DNA of 64,000 nucleotides from the IMG/VR virus record IMGVR_UViG_3300042884_001169; one strand, given 5' to 3'. Source of the DNA: an uncultured virus (IMG/VR IMGVR_UViG_3300042884_001169) (taxonomy: Duplodnaviria; Heunggongvirae; Uroviricota; Caudoviricetes). Shown here piece after piece: positions 29,856-39,288 of the stretch (positions are counted from its first letter, which is position 1; every line of letters begins with the position of its first letter). Below the pieces are notes generated by a model, which saw nothing but the letters and a program-made list of their open reading frames with translations, did no database searches and was not told the DNA's origin. The position numbers were made by a program, and so were the translations under genes.

Positions 29856-30080
29856 CTATGATCTTACTGCGAATAGGCCCTCGTCGATTGCACGTTGGAC
29901 ATATTCATTTAATTCCACCACTTGCGTTGACTGTGGTGGGACTGTTCTTTGTTCTGCATCAAACTGAACTGGGAACCTTGCAGTATTAAAAACAAGAACT
30001 AAATTGGGTTTTTTTTGAGTTTTTGCTTCAGTTTTCGGTTTTCTGGGTTTGGCTGAACTCATAGTTCGATTCCTTTCCAT
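29856..30080 (-). CDS. small hypothetical neck/tail protein (true start possibly 30062)
   Basis: Short ORF between the terminator-like gene and the sheath gene. Confidence 0.5.
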   Translation of the reverse strand: MERNRTMSSAKPRKPKTEAKTQKKPNLVLVFNTARFPVQFDAEQRTVPPQSTQVVELNEYVQRAIDEGLFAVRS

Positions 30081-30691
30081 TTGTATTCGGCAGAGGCGGA
30101 TGCTCCAAGGGTGGATGTCAATCCTGCTCCGGCACTGTAGATTTTGATCTGATCAAGAGAGTCAGAAACGTTTTGTCGAGTAATTGTCTCATCTAAATTG
30201 ATGTCATAGGCAATGTAGGCGCCCGCCAGCACTCGCTCGCCCTTAACCAAAGTTAAATCAGAGAACTCTTCACGCATGGTTCCCTCATCTACCAAAACGG
30301 AGTGACACCCGTCGTCGTAAGCGTTAAGCATCGGGTGGTCAAGGAGGGCTGAGCGGACGACCATTGTGAGGTTGTCACGCATTTCCGTGCATTCCATAGA
30401 ACCGTCTGTTTTTACCCACACATAAGTCCGCATGTTGTATTTAACTCGGTACTCAGGGTTTAGGGAAGCGTCGTACTCCATTCTCGTAATGGAGGCTGTT
30501 GACAGCGCAATCGTAATGATTGTCGGCCAATGATCTAGAGCGACTGGTTCGTAATTCAGGTAAAGCAAAGGTTCGGGGAGCGAATCTTCGTCAAGATTCA
30601 TTGCATTCCTATAGGAAAGCAAGCGTGACGGAAGATCTTGAGCCAAGTAATTAGTTACAAAAGATTTAACGACTGCTGGGCCTTGCATCAT
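30059..30691 (-). CDS. putative tail terminator/tail completion protein
   Basis: Position upstream of the sheath; WPTIITI...YNMRTYVWV pattern. Confidence 0.6.
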   Translation of the reverse strand: MMQGPAVVKSFVTNYLAQDLPSRLLSYRNAMNLDEDSLPEPLLYLNYEPVALDHWPTIITIALSTASITRMEYDASLNPEYRVKYNMRTYVWVKTDGSMECTEMRDNLTMVVRSALLDHPMLNAYDDGCHSVLVDEGTMREEFSDLTLVKGERVLAGAYIAYDINLDETITRQNVSDSLDQIKIYSAGAGLTSTLGASASAEYKWKGIEL

Positions 30692-31128
30692 GGCAACAAA
30701 TCACCCCGAAGCCCAACAATATGCTTTGCTGCTTCCTCTCCAACCTTTTTGGAAAATCCCACAGGCTCAAAAACAACTTGGCGTTTCGGCATGTCTCGGG
30801 TCCCATATTGATGAAACTTTGCGTATTCGACCTTGGTGCCGAAGATGGCATAGACCGGCGTTACCTCATTGGGAGAACCGCGCAAGGATGTCAGGGACCT
30901 AAAAAGTTCCCCGGTTTCGATTAGTGGGGTCCACGCTCGTTCTTCTTCGGGGGTGGACCAACCGCCTGATGGAAGGCCGCTTGCTCCAAAGTTTTCTCGA
31001 TTGGCTTTACGAAGTTCGTCGCGAGCAAAATTGAATACAGAAACAAAATTTTTTGCTCGGACCTGCATTTTTGTTAAAAGTTGTTGAGCGCCTTTGTCGT
31101 CAATCCGAATCCGAATATTAGTTGACAT
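30688..31128 (-). CDS. virion morphogenesis protein (Mu gpG/P2 gpS-like)
   Basis: LIETGELFRSL...FGTKVEYAKFHQYGTRDMPKR. Confidence 0.85.
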   Translation of the reverse strand: MSTNIRIRIDDKGAQQLLTKMQVRAKNFVSVFNFARDELRKANRENFGASGLPSGGWSTPEEERAWTPLIETGELFRSLTSLRGSPNEVTPVYAIFGTKVEYAKFHQYGTRDMPKRQVVFEPVGFSKKVGEEAAKHIVGLRGDLLP

Positions 31129-31748
31129 CAGATTCTCACTCGCCGATAGCGTCTTACTGACTGCAACTCTTCTGGCGTGAAGCCAGTGGTGAGGGGAGCC
31201 ACGTTACGAGTTTCCAAATCCTTTAAACCAACTACATCATCATGCATGTTTTGCATTTCCCGGCTAGCGGCACGCAAAATCAAAAGACGAAATACGGGAA
31301 TTTCCGAACCATCCAGACCCGCAGAATAAGTGAAGGTAACCGTATCGTTCGGACCCGCCCGATACAGGTCAACCCCGTACCTCTGAACGACGTAATCAAG
31401 ACCTTCTGTGACGCTCACAGACGCCCCAGTAGGTGAAGTGACGGAAATACTCGATAACGAGTTAATTGGAGACTGGCGGGCATATACGGTCACAGCGGGA
31501 ACCGAATGATACGGAGGTCCATCCGTCGTACCAATTGTCCTGTCGTAGAGATAAGAGGAACCGGCAATAGCCACAAATTCCGTTGGGACGATGTGGGTCT
31601 CTGTAAACGTACCGAGTTCAATCGGGCGACGAAGGTAGGACTCCAGTTCGGACTGCAGACCCTCAAGAACGTAACCAGCCGCACGCGTTTGGCGATTGCT
31701 GAACTTAATGTCCATGTAAGCGGTAAGTTCATCAATCGTTACAAGCAT
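31128..31748 (-). CDS. head-tail connector (HK97 gp6-like)
   Basis: MLVTIDELTAYM...ESYLRRP...VTFTYSAG...RYRR. Confidence 0.8.
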   Translation of the reverse strand: MLVTIDELTAYMDIKFSNRQTRAAGYVLEGLQSELESYLRRPIELGTFTETHIVPTEFVAIAGSSYLYDRTIGTTDGPPYHSVPAVTVYARQSPINSLSSISVTSPTGASVSVTEGLDYVVQRYGVDLYRAGPNDTVTFTYSAGLDGSEIPVFRLLILRAASREMQNMHDDVVGLKDLETRNVAPLTTGFTPEELQSVRRYRRVRI

Positions 31749-31772
31749 TTTTGTGCCTCAGGTCAATTGTTG

Positions 31773-31949
31773 CTAGTTGTTAGACCGACCTCGCGCCCCA
31801 GTAAGGGCACGACGGACACCTTGAACCCCACGCGCGCCTAACCTAAGTCCTGTCGCAAGGAATCGACGCCACCAAGACGGACGATCAAGCATCTCGTCTC
31901 GTTCTTCTTCGCTAAGTTCTCGATCCGGCAATCCAGATGGGGTGGGCAT
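31773..31949 (-). CDS. 58-aa protein below the ORF-track cutoff (MPTPSGLPDRELSEEERDEMLDRPSWWRRFLATGLRLGARGVQGVRRALTGARGRSNN)
   Basis: Hand translation; GGAGGT RBS upstream; fills an intergenic gap. Confidence 0.65.
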   Translation of the reverse strand: MPTPSGLPDRELSEEERDEMLDRPSWWRRFLATGLRLGARGVQGVRRALTGARGRSNN

Positions 31950-32017
31950 TAGTTAGACCTCCATGGATCGGGAATGCCATTCATCACCACCATACCCCAC
32001 CAAACAGTCTTGCGGGA

Positions 32018-32578
32018 TCAACGATCGGCGTTTGGTGGGCGCTCAATAGTGACCGCAGGTGCGCCTTTTGCGGTTTTGGTAGATGGGGCCTCAACCGGGA
32101 TCCATGCGCGAGAATAAACATGATCCTTAAGTTTTCGAGTTTTGATCAAGCCCCCATCGAAGAGCAAGTCAATTTCGTCAGAGGTCATGGAAAGCAGGCG
32201 CTTGAGGTCTTGCTTACCGTACTTCCCCGATCGGACAATTTTTTTGAATGTGGAGGACAGGGGTTTGGCATAAAGCACGCCACGGCCCCTGTTCATTTGA
32301 AGATGGAGCAACATGGCGTCGATGTCATCGCAATCAATGAAAGTCACCGGCACTTTTCCCCGATAACGCTTCACTAATGATTCTAAATTACCGGCAATCA
32401 TCCAACGTTCATGACCATCAATAATTGTTGATGACTTTTTTTGAACGACAATTGGCGACAGGAACCCGTGAAGCAGCATTGATTCAGCCAACACCCGTTG
32501 ATCGGGTTTTAAAATAAACGTTGACTTGAATGGTGCAGCCTTAAGCGAACCACCCTCAACCATTTCAATTTCAATCAT
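32018..32578 (-). CDS. ParB/Srx N-terminal domain protein (IbrB-like)
   Basis: GFLSPIVV...IIDGHERW...MNRGRG; coupled to the PP-loop gene. Confidence 0.85.
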   Translation of the reverse strand: MIEIEMVEGGSLKAAPFKSTFILKPDQRVLAESMLLHGFLSPIVVQKKSSTIIDGHERWMIAGNLESLVKRYRGKVPVTFIDCDDIDAMLLHLQMNRGRGVLYAKPLSSTFKKIVRSGKYGKQDLKRLLSMTSDEIDLLFDGGLIKTRKLKDHVYSRAWIPVEAPSTKTAKGAPAVTIERPPNADR

Positions 32579-33735
32579 CGTAAATCATCCTGTAAGTCGA
32601 GTGAGTCGGCTTCAGCCTCTGCCTGAGCAGCCGCAAGCCGAACAGAGTGAGCGCGGGTTTTAGGGCCAACGGGATTAACCGAACTGATATTAAATTCGTT
32701 CAGTAAAAGATTGCGAATAAGCCAACTAATTGGATATGAATATGGATCGGTTGCATGTTTCTTCCGGAACTCCGAAGCGAAAGCCATTGCCCTTCGCTTT
32801 ATTCCCTCAGTCATCATATTTTGATCGATACACGAGCGAACTCCTTTCCAGTCCTGAGACGCATAAAACTCAATCAGAGTTTCAATATCAAAATCAGACC
32901 AGTACCTGCGTTGTGCATCGATTTGAGGGAAACATTCATAAAGCCGATTATAAAAATCAGGCTCCGTGGCAACAACGTCACCAATCCGTCGAATTGCTAC
33001 TGCATGCAGTGGAATTCCAACGCGCGTGTTCGAACCAGTCATAGACGCCAAGTCGTAGTACTCGCAGAAAGAAGCACCGTGTTCTTCCGCTACGAACTTA
33101 AACACATCATCTGTTGTCCAGTCATAAATGACCTTCGCAAATCTTAGTGGTATAGATTTTTTCATCCGAAATGGGACAACAATGTAATTTTCGTGCAGTT
33201 TCTGAACGCAGGACCGGTATCGAATCATTGATTCATTTGCACGAACCCCAGTGATGAATGCAACTCGGCCAGACTTTCCCTGCATGGTGTAGTAGTCAAT
33301 GGACTGCGGAATAACTTGGTCTGCCGTCAAACCGAAATGTTCGGCTCGGATCGCCCAAGGAGGAATTTGCCTAATAAGGCGACCTTCATTTTCTCGCTTC
33401 TTTGACCACAAGAGAACATATTCGCGACGAAGCACCCACACTTCCTGCCCTTGGGGCAAGCAGTACCACTCCATGTCAATCCAGTCGTACTGACGGACTT
33501 CTTCCACAAATTTGATTACAGACGGAGAAACCATTTCCTCGTCGCGAAAAATAACTTTGACTGGACCAAGTCCACGCTCTTCATGAATCTCCTTTGCAAG
33601 ATAAAGAACAGCAGTGGAATCTTTGCCTCCAGAAAACTGGACGCACACGGTGTCAAAAGTGTCGTAGACATGCCGCATTCGCTCACGAGCAGCGTCTACA
33701 CAAGAAGTGTCAAGGAACATGCGTTGACGAGTCAT
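32575..33735 (-). CDS. PAPS-reductase-superfamily PP-loop protein (IbrA/YbdN-like)
   Basis: DAARER, VQFSGGKDS, FRDEE, GVRANESMIRY, IYDWTTDDVF. Confidence 0.88.
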   Translation of the reverse strand: MTRQRMFLDTSCVDAARERMRHVYDTFDTVCVQFSGGKDSTAVLYLAKEIHEERGLGPVKVIFRDEEMVSPSVIKFVEEVRQYDWIDMEWYCLPQGQEVWVLRREYVLLWSKKRENEGRLIRQIPPWAIRAEHFGLTADQVIPQSIDYYTMQGKSGRVAFITGVRANESMIRYRSCVQKLHENYIVVPFRMKKSIPLRFAKVIYDWTTDDVFKFVAEEHGASFCEYYDLASMTGSNTRVGIPLHAVAIRRIGDVVATEPDFYNRLYECFPQIDAQRRYWSDFDIETLIEFYASQDWKGVRSCIDQNMMTEGIKRRAMAFASEFRKKHATDPYSYPISWLIRNLLLNEFNISSVNPVGPKTRAHSVRLAAAQAEAEADSLDLQDDLR

Positions 33736-34520
33736 CAGAAGTCCGCGTGAGAGTCAAGGAAGCAGAGAAGGCGTTCCGCATTAGTTTCACCGTCGGTCCC
33801 AACGTCAGTTCGAAGCCAACGCATAAAGTCGTACCATCGTCGCTGCTGCTCAGCATTATCAAAGACGAGCATGTACTGAACTACAGCCTTTGCGCCAGCA
33901 GCACCGACCGCAGAGGACCCCCGAGTTACAGCATCAAGAGTATTCATTCCTGAAGGTGCATTAATTTGCTCATTTTCGCCATTATCCGACGACACAACAT
34001 CTGCTGGATTTGAGTTCAGTTCATCTCCCGGGTTGGAAATCAATACCGGAGCGATGTACCCAGATGGCATGTGATCAGAAGCATTCAAATACTCCACCTG
34101 CTCTTCCATTGCCGCCATTTGGAAATCGTCCCAGCCTAAGGAATCAAACATTTCGGGGTATTCGTCCATGACGGAAACGATGGCGTCCTGCAACAACACG
34201 GGGTCATCGGTGCCGAGTTGTGTGGTTCGATTGTCAGCAAGAGCAAAAGCGATGGCCTCTTTCATGGAGCCTTTAAACTTCGTAACAGCGATGTGGGTCC
34301 ATCCAAGTCGCTTAGCCGCTTCGGCTTGATGATTGCCAGCGACAATCGTGAAAGTTCCGTCCTCATTGTCGCGAGCGACAATTGCTTTCATCTGTCCAAA
34401 CTGGCGATAAGAGGCCATAATCGCTGGAACGTCACCCTTGTGGGGGTTCGCGTTCCATGGGGTCAGATCGTCAAGGGGCATGGCCTGCGTGGCAAGGTCT
34501 TCGTGGATGTTGTGTTTCAT
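33735..34520 (-). CDS. ParB-like N-terminal domain protein
   Basis: LTPWNANPHKGD...FGQMKAIV...IVAGNHQAEAAKRLGW...ALADNR. Confidence 0.85.
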   Translation of the reverse strand: MKHNIHEDLATQAMPLDDLTPWNANPHKGDVPAIMASYRQFGQMKAIVARDNEDGTFTIVAGNHQAEAAKRLGWTHIAVTKFKGSMKEAIAFALADNRTTQLGTDDPVLLQDAIVSVMDEYPEMFDSLGWDDFQMAAMEEQVEYLNASDHMPSGYIAPVLISNPGDELNSNPADVVSSDNGENEQINAPSGMNTLDAVTRGSSAVGAAGAKAVVQYMLVFDNAEQQRRWYDFMRWLRTDVGTDGETNAERLLCFLDSHADF

Positions 34521-34870
34521 GACATCACCTGAGCGCGGACGTTAGCATTCAAAGTTCTAAGTGCATCAATTGACGTGCGGAGTGAAGAAAGTCGCTCCCG
34601 TTTGGCCTTGACGAGAGCCTCTGCAATTTTGTAGTCGTAAGCGATATCAGCCATTTTGTAGTCGGCCCACGCCTCACGCTCTTTGATTGATCCCTTTGCT
34701 GAAAGGTATTCCTTTGCCCAATTCGATTTATGTTGGGCTTCCTTCTTGGCTGCATCTAGAGCAAGGTCTTCAAAACGTTCGGTTTCTTCTTCGAGCATGT
34801 CAGTAAGCCTGAGCAACTCGTACTCTATTTCCACTTGGCTAATTGGCTGGCTACGTCGTTTAGCGTTCAT
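34517..34870 (-). CDS. helical coiled-coil protein (possibly a UvsY-like recombination mediator)
   Basis: All-helical 117 aa next to the resolvase; function tentative. Confidence 0.5.
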   Translation of the reverse strand: MNAKRRSQPISQVEIEYELLRLTDMLEEETERFEDLALDAAKKEAQHKSNWAKEYLSAKGSIKEREAWADYKMADIAYDYKIAEALVKAKRERLSSLRTSIDALRTLNANVRAQVMS

Positions 34871-34876
34871 ACTTCC

Positions 34877-35428
34877 TCACACCATCTCGTTTGTAGGGTT
34901 ATCTGAAAAAGGGGTCCAATCAATCTTTTCAAGTGCGCTCAAATTGATTTGAGGCCATTCGAATCGAGCCAACCCAAAATGGGCAAGACCCATTTCCTCC
35001 AAAATCCATGCGTCGCACATATCGTCTGCACCTTTGCCTGTCCAGACAATTCCAGTTCGTGCAGAGATTGAAGAAACAACTTCATTTTTACTGGCATTGC
35101 CTTTACCGGTAGCAAACTTTGCCCGACATGTTGGCGGAATATCAACCCACGGAATTTGATTTTCCCAAAGAGCGACCCTGATTACTCCACCCAACTCGCC
35201 GATTGCATGGGCTTGCGAGTTTCTAGATCCAAAAGAATAACCCTCGATGCAAACCGCCGGTCGAGGAACCTCGCGCACACGGTCAATAATCACCGTCCGC
35301 ATCCACGCCAACCGAGAAGCACCCTTTTGAGCAGTCGAAATCGCTTCAGGGTTACCCCTTGCGCATATCCCAGTCGACGTTAAAGACAAATCTAAACCAA
35401 CAACAGAATATGGAATCATTGCTCCCAC
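34877..35428 (-). CDS. RuvC-like Holliday junction resolvase
   Basis: VGLDLSLTSTG, IEGYSF, GELGGVIR, ATGKGNASK, DDMCDA. Confidence 0.88.
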   Translation of the reverse strand: MGAMIPYSVVGLDLSLTSTGICARGNPEAISTAQKGASRLAWMRTVIIDRVREVPRPAVCIEGYSFGSRNSQAHAIGELGGVIRVALWENQIPWVDIPPTCRAKFATGKGNASKNEVVSSISARTGIVWTGKGADDMCDAWILEEMGLAHFGLARFEWPQINLSALEKIDWTPFSDNPTNEMV

Positions 35429-35733
35429 CCATGTTTAGCAAGACCAAGATCAAACGCCAGTTGAGGGTAATTACCAATCCGTTGATGGCAAGGACGACAA
35501 ACAGCAAGCAGATTCGACTCATCCAAAATGGACCCGCCCTGCGAGCGACGGACAAGTTCGTGAATATCTTGAGACGGTCGCCTGCCATAGACAACCAACT
35601 CGTCATATTCAGCAAACACTGGACACGCCTCACAAAAAGGACGCTCCCCCAAAAGCCGCTCAACGAGTGGGCGCCTTTCACGGTATTCCCGTTCTTTTTT
35701 CTTAGACCTATAACGCACTATGCACCTGCCCAA
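35416..35733 (-). CDS. HNH endonuclease
   Basis: CEAC...DIHELVRRSQGG...NLLAVCRPCH. Confidence 0.85.
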   Translation of the reverse strand: MGRCIVRYRSKKKEREYRERRPLVERLLGERPFCEACPVFAEYDELVVYGRRPSQDIHELVRRSQGGSILDESNLLAVCRPCHQRIGNYPQLAFDLGLAKHGWEQ

Positions 35734-36784
35734 AAAATCGTGTCAGCAATGCTGCACCCATAGAGACGTCATACTTTTCTTGAACAATCCGACGATATTC
35801 GCGACCCAATTCAATCCGAAGATCCGGATCTCGAAGTTTATTAATATTCGCAATCCACTCCTTTGGCTTAGAAGCAACAAGGCCAACACCTTCTTCTGCC
35901 AAAGAAACGTATGCCTGACTATTTGCCGCAATAAAGGGAATGCCAGCAGAGGAGTATTCCAAGCCCTTGATGGCGCTTTTAGCATTGTTGAATGGCGCTG
36001 AACTTAGCGGAACAAGACCAACATCAAATTGAAACAAGTTTTGATAATCACTAGGTGCAGCCATCGGCAATGTGGACACTTTTTCCACATCTACCCCAAT
36101 ACCTTCGGCAAACGATTTTCTGCCCTGAATATGGCCGGAGTGGTGCAGTCGAATCTTTCCAGCATCAGCCATTGGCCCAAGGATCCCTCGCATTGTCTCC
36201 AAGTCCCCAGAGCGATGACCAGTAGATCCGACCCACCCGACAATTGGGGATTCAGCATCAGATTGTTCACGAAGCGAAAACTTGTTTGTATCAACAAAGT
36301 TGGGAATCAACACAATCGGCCTAGAAACCCATTTTGAGATGCGCTCTGCAAGGTAAGGGGTCGAAACCGTAACTACAGTGGAAGCAGCAAGGCATCGTTT
36401 GTAGTGATTGATATTTTCACTCGGATTGTTTTTGGGGTGACTTGCAGCCCACGCTCCGTTAGATGGCGAAAGACCCCAGTACCAGTCATCTAAGTCGTTG
36501 ATGATGATTTGCCCGTTTGCTCTTGCTTCCATAATGCGTTCTGGCACATCTTCAAACATGACTCGTTGCATATAAATTATGTCGCAATTAAAGTGATTTT
36601 GTTTGTCCCAATCAGATACACCAAAGATTCCCTTATGGAAAGCCAAGGGACCGACAACTACGTCGAAGGGCAGTAGATCCTCGTACTGGCCAAGACGCGC
36701 CCAGCCTGCACCTCCCCACACCGGATGACCACGGTCATCTTTTACGGTATGAGACCAGTCGGTAGATGCAAATCCGATTTTCAC
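35708..36784 (-). CDS. glycosyltransferase (GT-B fold, GT4-like)
   Basis: DLDDW, VTVSTPYL, IPNFVD, VGWVGS..H..DL, DVGLVPL...FN.AKS.IKGLEY...GIPFIA. Confidence 0.88.
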   Translation of the reverse strand: MKIGFASTDWSHTVKDDRGHPVWGGAGWARLGQYEDLLPFDVVVGPLAFHKGIFGVSDWDKQNHFNCDIIYMQRVMFEDVPERIMEARANGQIIINDLDDWYWGLSPSNGAWAASHPKNNPSENINHYKRCLAASTVVTVSTPYLAERISKWVSRPIVLIPNFVDTNKFSLREQSDAESPIVGWVGSTGHRSGDLETMRGILGPMADAGKIRLHHSGHIQGRKSFAEGIGVDVEKVSTLPMAAPSDYQNLFQFDVGLVPLSSAPFNNAKSAIKGLEYSSAGIPFIAANSQAYVSLAEEGVGLVASKPKEWIANINKLRDPDLRIELGREYRRIVQEKYDVSMGAALLTRFFGQVHSAL

Positions 36785-37293
36785 GAGACGTAGAGGTCGT
36801 CGTAGTTGAGGGAATCAAAATCCCATTTGCCATCAAGTGCAGACCAAAGCGCAACATCAACTTGAGTCGGCTCCAAATCCAGTTCTTCCATCAGGCTTTT
36901 GTGTCGCTCAATGGCTTTACGAAGAAATTCCACTGCAGCAAAACGATCGTCGTTGCTGTCATCGCCGAGCGCAATCATTTTTGTGACTTCATCTAGCCGT
37001 GACAAAACGTGAAACTGAAATCGAGAAATCTTTTTTTGTCTACCTTCGATGTCAGCCAAAGATTCGGCTAAAAAAGTAAGACCTTCCGGACCCATGTCCT
37101 TGTAACGGTCTTCGTCTTCGGAATGATTCTTAGCAAGGGCCTCAAGTTGTGCATCAAGGTTGCCATTTAAGACTATTAATGCACGCTTCCACCGATCCCA
37201 ATTTTCAGGCAACCGCAAATAGTCGGTTTGTGACGCCGTCACACGGTTTTTTACTTCTTCAGCAACAAGACGAGCAAAAGTATCATCGTTCAT
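36781..37293 (-). CDS. hypothetical helical protein
   Basis: 170-aa ORF overlapping both neighbours by 4 nt. Confidence 0.65.
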   Translation of the reverse strand: MNDDTFARLVAEEVKNRVTASQTDYLRLPENWDRWKRALIVLNGNLDAQLEALAKNHSEDEDRYKDMGPEGLTFLAESLADIEGRQKKISRFQFHVLSRLDEVTKMIALGDDSNDDRFAAVEFLRKAIERHKSLMEELDLEPTQVDVALWSALDGKWDFDSLNYDDLYVS

Positions 37294-38066
37294 TTAGAAT
37301 TACCTTTTGTCCAAATCGGGCACATTTTTTTGTATGAACACCAGTCGCAAAGTTTGTTTTTTTTCGCAGGGAATTCTCCAGCCTCGCAATAAGCAGCCAC
37401 TGAGTCATAAACGGATTCGACTTCTTCGGTCACCTCGGCAAGATTTTCCTCGGTTACGGGTCGGCTTAATACGGTCCCATCCTTCAAATAGAGCAGACTG
37501 ACCTGTGAAACTTCAATGCTGGTTTCAGCGCGCAGTAGAACCGCATAAATAAACAACTGCTGAAATTTATCACCAGCCCATTGCGGTCTTGGAGTCTTTC
37601 CTGTCTTGTAGTCGGAAATCGTAATTTGCAAGTTGCTATCGACTTCCCACCTATCAATAAAACCTTTGACTCGCGCTCGACCGACATGACCATCAAGGCC
37701 AGTTTCGATTCCGGCGGGATCAAACGCCGTGGGGTCTTCTAGTTTGAAATAGTTCTCGATGCACCACCACGCCTTCCAGCGGAATGTGCGTATTGCTTCT
37801 CGGTCCCTGTTCAACACAAGAACTGCCTGCTCTCCCCACTCTTGTTCCCAAACCTCGCGCATAACGGTTCGAGCAGACGCAAGAGTTCGATCTTCTGCAG
37901 GTAAAGCAAAAAGACCTTCAAGCGCTGTGTGAACAAAATTGCCCAGCACCGTCGCTTCGGTTGGGGGGTCAATAATTCTGTCGATACGGCTGAACTTGAA
38001 CTTCAACGGGCAGGTTTGAAAAGTACCAATTGAAGATGGCGATAGATAGTCGGGGGCTTGGATCAT
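37290..38066 (-). CDS. PD-(D/E)XK exonuclease (RecB/Cas4-like)
   Basis: LSPSS...CP, GNFVH.ALE, GFIDR, DYKTG, Q...Y, CDWC....C. Confidence 0.9.
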   Translation of the reverse strand: MIQAPDYLSPSSIGTFQTCPLKFKFSRIDRIIDPPTEATVLGNFVHTALEGLFALPAEDRTLASARTVMREVWEQEWGEQAVLVLNRDREAIRTFRWKAWWCIENYFKLEDPTAFDPAGIETGLDGHVGRARVKGFIDRWEVDSNLQITISDYKTGKTPRPQWAGDKFQQLFIYAVLLRAETSIEVSQVSLLYLKDGTVLSRPVTEENLAEVTEEVESVYDSVAAYCEAGEFPAKKNKLCDWCSYKKMCPIWTKGNSK

Positions 38067-38761
38067 GACTTCTTGGCCGGAGTCCTGCGCTTAGGCGCAA
38101 CTTCAGGTTCTTCCTGTTCGACAAATGAACCGCCAACTGTCAAACGGATGCACTCCCCAATGATGGACTCAAGATCTGCCATTTGCGCAGTTGTCTTAGT
38201 TGGTTTTGGGCGACCTCCCGAGTATTCAACCCAGAATGCTTCCAAAGCGATGGCATGTTCCTCGCTCATTGTTGAACGCAGTTCTTTGATCGTGTTGAAT
38301 GCTTCTTCGATCGCTGGATTAATTGGATCTGGTGTTGGCGCAGACATTGCTTCTTCAATTTCCAAAGCCTCAACGTCGCGCGCAAGATAAAGTCCAACGC
38401 CCAGTTGCTGCACAGCCTTCTTGAGCGCATCAGACATGGCACCCTTGAATTCGTCTCCGAGGTCAAGGATTTGACCCGCCTTAGTCATTTTGACTTGCTG
38501 TCCACCGATCCCGTCCTTAGAGATAACTTCGTCGCCGATTCGTGCCGTAACGCGGACATGGGCAATTACCCAATGTGGGTCATGCTGATCGCGACCACAT
38601 GAAACAATTTCTGATGACCAGTTTTCAACGCCAAGAACTTTATTGAGTCGAGCGATGACTTCCGAAATGGGGATGTAAGTAAGGGCGCGACCTCCCTTGG
38701 ACACGCTCCTTTCCATTTCCTGTGGAAACGGCTCTGAAAGTTGCTGATACATCGATGTCAC
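38063..38761 (-). CDS. Rad52/Rad22-family single-strand annealing protein
   Basis: LSEPFP...LTYI...RLNKVLG..NW...KGAMSDALKKA..QLGVGLYL. Confidence 0.88.
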   Translation of the reverse strand: MTSMYQQLSEPFPQEMERSVSKGGRALTYIPISEVIARLNKVLGVENWSSEIVSCGRDQHDPHWVIAHVRVTARIGDEVISKDGIGGQQVKMTKAGQILDLGDEFKGAMSDALKKAVQQLGVGLYLARDVEALEIEEAMSAPTPDPINPAIEEAFNTIKELRSTMSEEHAIALEAFWVEYSGGRPKPTKTTAQMADLESIIGECIRLTVGGSFVEQEEPEVAPKRRTPAKKS

Positions 38762-39264
38762 TTGCTTTGCGCCTTCCTGACGATGATTGAAGTTTTGGTT
38801 TCTCCGACTTGGCAGTAATTGTCGGGATTGATTCCAATGTTTTGAAGTTCTTTAATACGCCAATACGACGGCTGTACATAGTTGAGGACGTTTTCGATCA
38901 TTTCTTGTTGGGACATGACGACTTCGCCAGTGTCCATATCCACTGCCATGTTCATAATCTTTTGCGCCACTACTGACGCAAGGTCCTTGTGTTGCCAGCC
39001 AGTGCGCTGGTTCGACCAGCGTTTCTCGACTTTTGCGCCGTCGTCTAGCAAGATTTCACTTTCACTTGCCATGATTTCTGAAACAATGCTCGATAAGCCG
39101 TCATAGATGAGACCAAAGTCCGCTTTGCATCGGTTTAGTTCTAGGAGTAACGAACAGGCTTCTTCTGGAGTCAGATTTGCCTTTGAGCATTCAGTCACTT
39201 TTTCGTCAAGATCAAGCAACGCTTGCTGAAAAGCCCCAACCCAATCGGGTGGTTGATAACTCAT
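38758..39264 (-). CDS. hypothetical protein in the recombination module
   Basis: 168 aa, AAGGAG RBS. Confidence 0.65.
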   Translation of the reverse strand: MSYQPPDWVGAFQQALLDLDEKVTECSKANLTPEEACSLLLELNRCKADFGLIYDGLSSIVSEIMASESEILLDDGAKVEKRWSNQRTGWQHKDLASVVAQKIMNMAVDMDTGEVVMSQQEMIENVLNYVQPSYWRIKELQNIGINPDNYCQVGETKTSIIVRKAQSK

Positions 39265-39288
39265 ATTTTCTCCTTACGGTAACAGTAC

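Noticed and set aside
15326..31748. Tailocin or extracellular contractile injection system
   Set aside because: Terminase, portal, prohead protease and head-tail connector are present, so this is a phage
32575..33735. cysH sulfur-assimilation auxiliary metabolic gene
   Set aside because: It lacks the C-terminal ECGLH catalytic motif and is flanked by ParB-like genes, which fits the IbrA-like subfamily better
37290..38066. Cas4 as evidence of a CRISPR-Cas system
   Set aside because: No array or other cas genes are present; it sits beside a Rad52-like annealase as a phage recombination exonuclease
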